This document shows positions 18,644 through 20,849 of a stretch of 20,849 nt of DNA, piece by piece. Both the position numbers and the translations under genes were made by a program. The notes beneath the pieces were generated by a model, which saw only the letters and a program-made list of their open reading frames with translations, had not been told where the DNA came from and did not search any database. The stretch spans positions 177,830-198,678 of the forward strand of contig JAYOTF010000002.1 in the NCBI GenBank assembly GCA_038150265.1, written 5' to 3'. Numbering within the stretch: the first letter of the stretch is position 1; the number at the start of each line of letters is the position of its first letter. The DNA comes from Deltaproteobacteria bacterium. Lineage in GTDB: Bacteria > SAR324 > NAC60-12.

Positions 18644-18829
18644 ATGGCTAAGAAGATTCAAGTGACCCAAATCCGTAGCGGCATCGGGTCCACGACCAAG
18701 CAACGCGAGTCCCTCAAAGGCCTGGGACTGCGCAAGATCAATCATACTGTTGAGCTGGAAGGCACGCCTTCGATCCTGGGAATGGTCCGGAAGGTCTCCC
18801 ACCTCGTCAAAGTTCAAATCGCGGAGTGA
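18644..18829 (+). CDS. rpmD: 50S ribosomal protein uL30
   Basis: IRSGIG, LGLRKIN, GMVRKVSHLV. Confidence 0.97.
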   Translation: MAKKIQVTQIRSGIGSTTKQRESLKGLGLRKINHTVELEGTPSILGMVRKVSHLVKVQIAE

Positions 18830-18831
18830 CC

Positions 18832-19278
18832 ATGTACCTGCACGAGTTGCCGGATACCGGAAATAAAAAACGGAAGCGCATCGGACGGGGTCCGGGAAGC
18901 GGTTTCGGAAAGACCTCAGGAAAAGGACACAAAGGCGCCAAGGCCCGTTCCGGAGCCAAGACCAAGCGAGGCTTTGAAGGGGGCCAAACCCCAATCAACC
19001 GACGTCTTCCCAAATTCGGCTTTACCAGTCCGAACAAGATCAGCTACCAGCTGGTCAACCTGAAGCGTTTGGAAAGCGACCAGCGTGTCACCGCCGATTC
19101 CTCCCTGACCAAGGAAGAGCTCCGTGGCCTGGGGCTGATCCGGAGCCTCAAGCAGCCGGTCAAGCTGCTTGGAGATGGAACGCTGACCAAGAAACTCCAC
19201 ATTACCGTTGACGCGGCAAGCCAATCTGCCATTGAGGCCGTCAAGGGCTTGGGTGGAGACGTAGTCATCGGAGGCTGA
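18832..19278 (+). CDS. rplO: 50S ribosomal protein uL15
   Basis: RIGRGPGSG.GKTSGKGHKG, GFEGGQTP..RRLPKFGF. The ATG at 18832 lies 5 nt after GGAG; the GTG at 18826 is an alternative start. Confidence 0.98.
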   Translation: MYLHELPDTGNKKRKRIGRGPGSGFGKTSGKGHKGAKARSGAKTKRGFEGGQTPINRRLPKFGFTSPNKISYQLVNLKRLESDQRVTADSSLTKEELRGLGLIRSLKQPVKLLGDGTLTKKLHITVDAASQSAIEAVKGLGGDVVIGG

Positions 19279-19284
19279 TCCTTC

Positions 19285-20616
19285 ATGTGGACGACCATTC
19301 AGAACATCTTCCGAATTGAAGAGTTAAGGGCTCGGATCATCTTCACGATCGCGATGCTATTCGTGTTCCGGATTGGTGCCCACATCCCGACTCCAGGCAT
19401 CGACGGTGCGGCGCTGACCGATTTCTTTCAGCAGCAGCAAGGCTCGATCCTGCGATTCTTTGACATGTTCACAGGAGGAGCACTTGCTCGACTGACGGTC
19501 TTTGCCCTTGGGGTGATGCCGTACATCAGTGCCTCCATCATCATCCAACTCCTGACCGTTGTGTTTCCTTACCTGGAGCGACTTTCCAAGGAAGGAGACA
19601 TGGGCCGCAAGAAAATCACGGCCTACACGCGCTATGGAACCATTGTCCTGAGCATCGTTCAGGGCTTTGCCATTGCCGTCGGTCTGGAAAGCATGGCGGC
19701 TCCGGACGGCTCGCCCGTGGTGATCTCCACGATGTCGCCCTGGGCATTCCGGGCACTGACGGTCATTACCCTGACAGCAGGCACCGCCTTCCTGATGTGG
19801 GTTGGAGAGCAGATCAACGAGCGTGGCATTGGCAACGGCATTTCGTTGCTGATCTTTGCAGGAATCGTGGTGGACATTCCGGGAGCGGTGATCAACTCAG
19901 CCCAGCTGGTGCAGACCGGTGAGCTGCCGATCCTGATCCTGTTGATTGTCGGACTCCTGATGGTTGGGGTGATCTTCGCGGTGATCTTCACCGAGACGGC
20001 GTACCGTCGCATCCCGGTTCAGTATGCCAAGCGCCTGCAGGGCAATCGGATGTACGGAGGGCAAAGCTCACACCTGCCTCTGAAAATCAACTCGGCTGGG
20101 GTGATTCCTCCGATTTTTGCCTCGTCAATTCTGGCATTTCCTGCAACAATTACCGGTTTCTTCACGATTCCCTGGGTCAAGTGGGTCAGTGACCAACTGA
20201 TGCCCGGCCGATTCCTGTATTCGGTGGTCTTCGTGATGTTGATCTTCTTCTTCTGTTTCTTCTACACCGCGATTCAGTTCAATCCGGTGAAGATTGCTGA
20301 GGAGATGAAGCGTCATGGCGGGTACATCCCGGGGATTCGTCCGGGAAAGAAGACAGCAGAGTACCTCAATCAGGTTCTGACTCGATTGACCACTGGAGGC
20401 GCATTTTACCTCTCCGTCATCTGTATCCTCCCCAGCATCCTGTTCGTGGTCTTCAATGTCCCGTTCAGCTTTGGAGGCACCGCCCTGTTGATTGTGGTGG
20501 GCGTGGGACTGGATCTGGTCAATCAGATTGAAGCCTTCTTGCTGAATCAGAACTACGACGGCTTCCTGAAGAAATCACGAAGGCGTCCCTTAAAGACCGG
20601 CTCCCTCCGGTTGTGA
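19285..20616 (+). CDS. secY: Preprotein translocase subunit SecY
   Basis: ALGVMPYISASII, GIGNGISLLIFAGI, RRIPVQYAKR, GVIPPIFASS, IPGIRPG, FGGTALLIVVGV, and about 10 TM segments. Confidence 0.99.
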   Translation: MWTTIQNIFRIEELRARIIFTIAMLFVFRIGAHIPTPGIDGAALTDFFQQQQGSILRFFDMFTGGALARLTVFALGVMPYISASIIIQLLTVVFPYLERLSKEGDMGRKKITAYTRYGTIVLSIVQGFAIAVGLESMAAPDGSPVVISTMSPWAFRALTVITLTAGTAFLMWVGEQINERGIGNGISLLIFAGIVVDIPGAVINSAQLVQTGELPILILLIVGLLMVGVIFAVIFTETAYRRIPVQYAKRLQGNRMYGGQSSHLPLKINSAGVIPPIFASSILAFPATITGFFTIPWVKWVSDQLMPGRFLYSVVFVMLIFFFCFFYTAIQFNPVKIAEEMKRHGGYIPGIRPGKKTAEYLNQVLTRLTTGGAFYLSVICILPSILFVVFNVPFSFGGTALLIVVGVGLDLVNQIEAFLLNQNYDGFLKKSRRRPLKTGSLRL

Positions 20617-20639
20617 ACTCATACAGTTGAGAACTTCCC

Positions 20640-20753
20640 ATGAAAGTGCGTTCCTCAGTCAAGCGAATGTGCGAAAAATGCCGGATCATTCGCAGGCACG
20701 GAGTTTTGCGTGTGATCTGCGAAAATCCCAAGCATAAGCAGCGTCAAGGATAA
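20640..20753 (+). CDS. rpmJ: 50S ribosomal protein bL36 (37 aa, Zn-ribbon type; not in the ORF track)
   Basis: Hand translation: [37 protein letters not shown]. Confidence 0.98.
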   Translation: MKVRSSVKRMCEKCRIIRRHGVLRVICENPKHKQRQG

Positions 20754-20755
20754 GA

Positions 20756-20849
20756 ATGGCCCGTATTGCAGGCGTAGACCTCCCCAACAAGAAGCGTGTT
20801 GAAGTGGCTCTGACCTATATTTATGGGATCGGAACCACGAGTGCGAAGC
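20756..20849 (+). CDS. rpsM: 30S ribosomal protein uS13 (3' truncated by the window)
   Basis: Hand translation: [31 protein letters not shown]... Confidence 0.97.
   Translation, partial: MARIAGVDLPNKKRVEVALTYIYGIGTTSAK

Larger units (their letters stand above)
6..19706. repeat. Dispersed, over-represented palindrome TCCGGA (extended form TTCCGGAA)
   Basis: About 53 TCCGGA copies by hand count, 12 of them TTCCGGAA, in coding and intergenic DNA. Confidence 0.75.

Noticed and set aside
1..20849. tRNA/rRNA genes, CRISPR arrays, IS elements or prophage genes
   Set aside because: No cloverleaf, regularly spaced repeats, terminal inverted repeats, transposase or integrase were seen. All spacers are 229 nt or shorter.

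Overview
GC-rich chromosomal window from a probably diderm bacterium. The outer-membrane beta-barrel gene and the EF-G type suggest a deltaproteobacteria-like lineage such as SAR324, but that is inference only. The left ~6.7 kb holds a 5'-truncated outer-membrane protein gene, a small minus-strand anti-TRAP-like Zn-finger gene divergent from dcd, then leuA, an intrinsic terminator and leuS. The rest is one compact str-S10-spc-alpha ribosomal superoperon from rpsL to a partial rpsM. Main oddities: (1) the anti-TRAP-like protein with no TRAP/trp context; (2) strong, frame-independent over-representation of the palindrome TCCGGA/TTCCGGAA, reminiscent of HIP1; (3) rplC (uL3) cleanly missing between rpsJ and rplD; (4) an str-operon EF-G with all three conserved domain IV loops degenerate, suggesting a recycling-type EF-G2; (5) a LeuRS with a Chloroflexota-like signature. 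No RNA genes, CRISPR arrays or mobile elements were seen.
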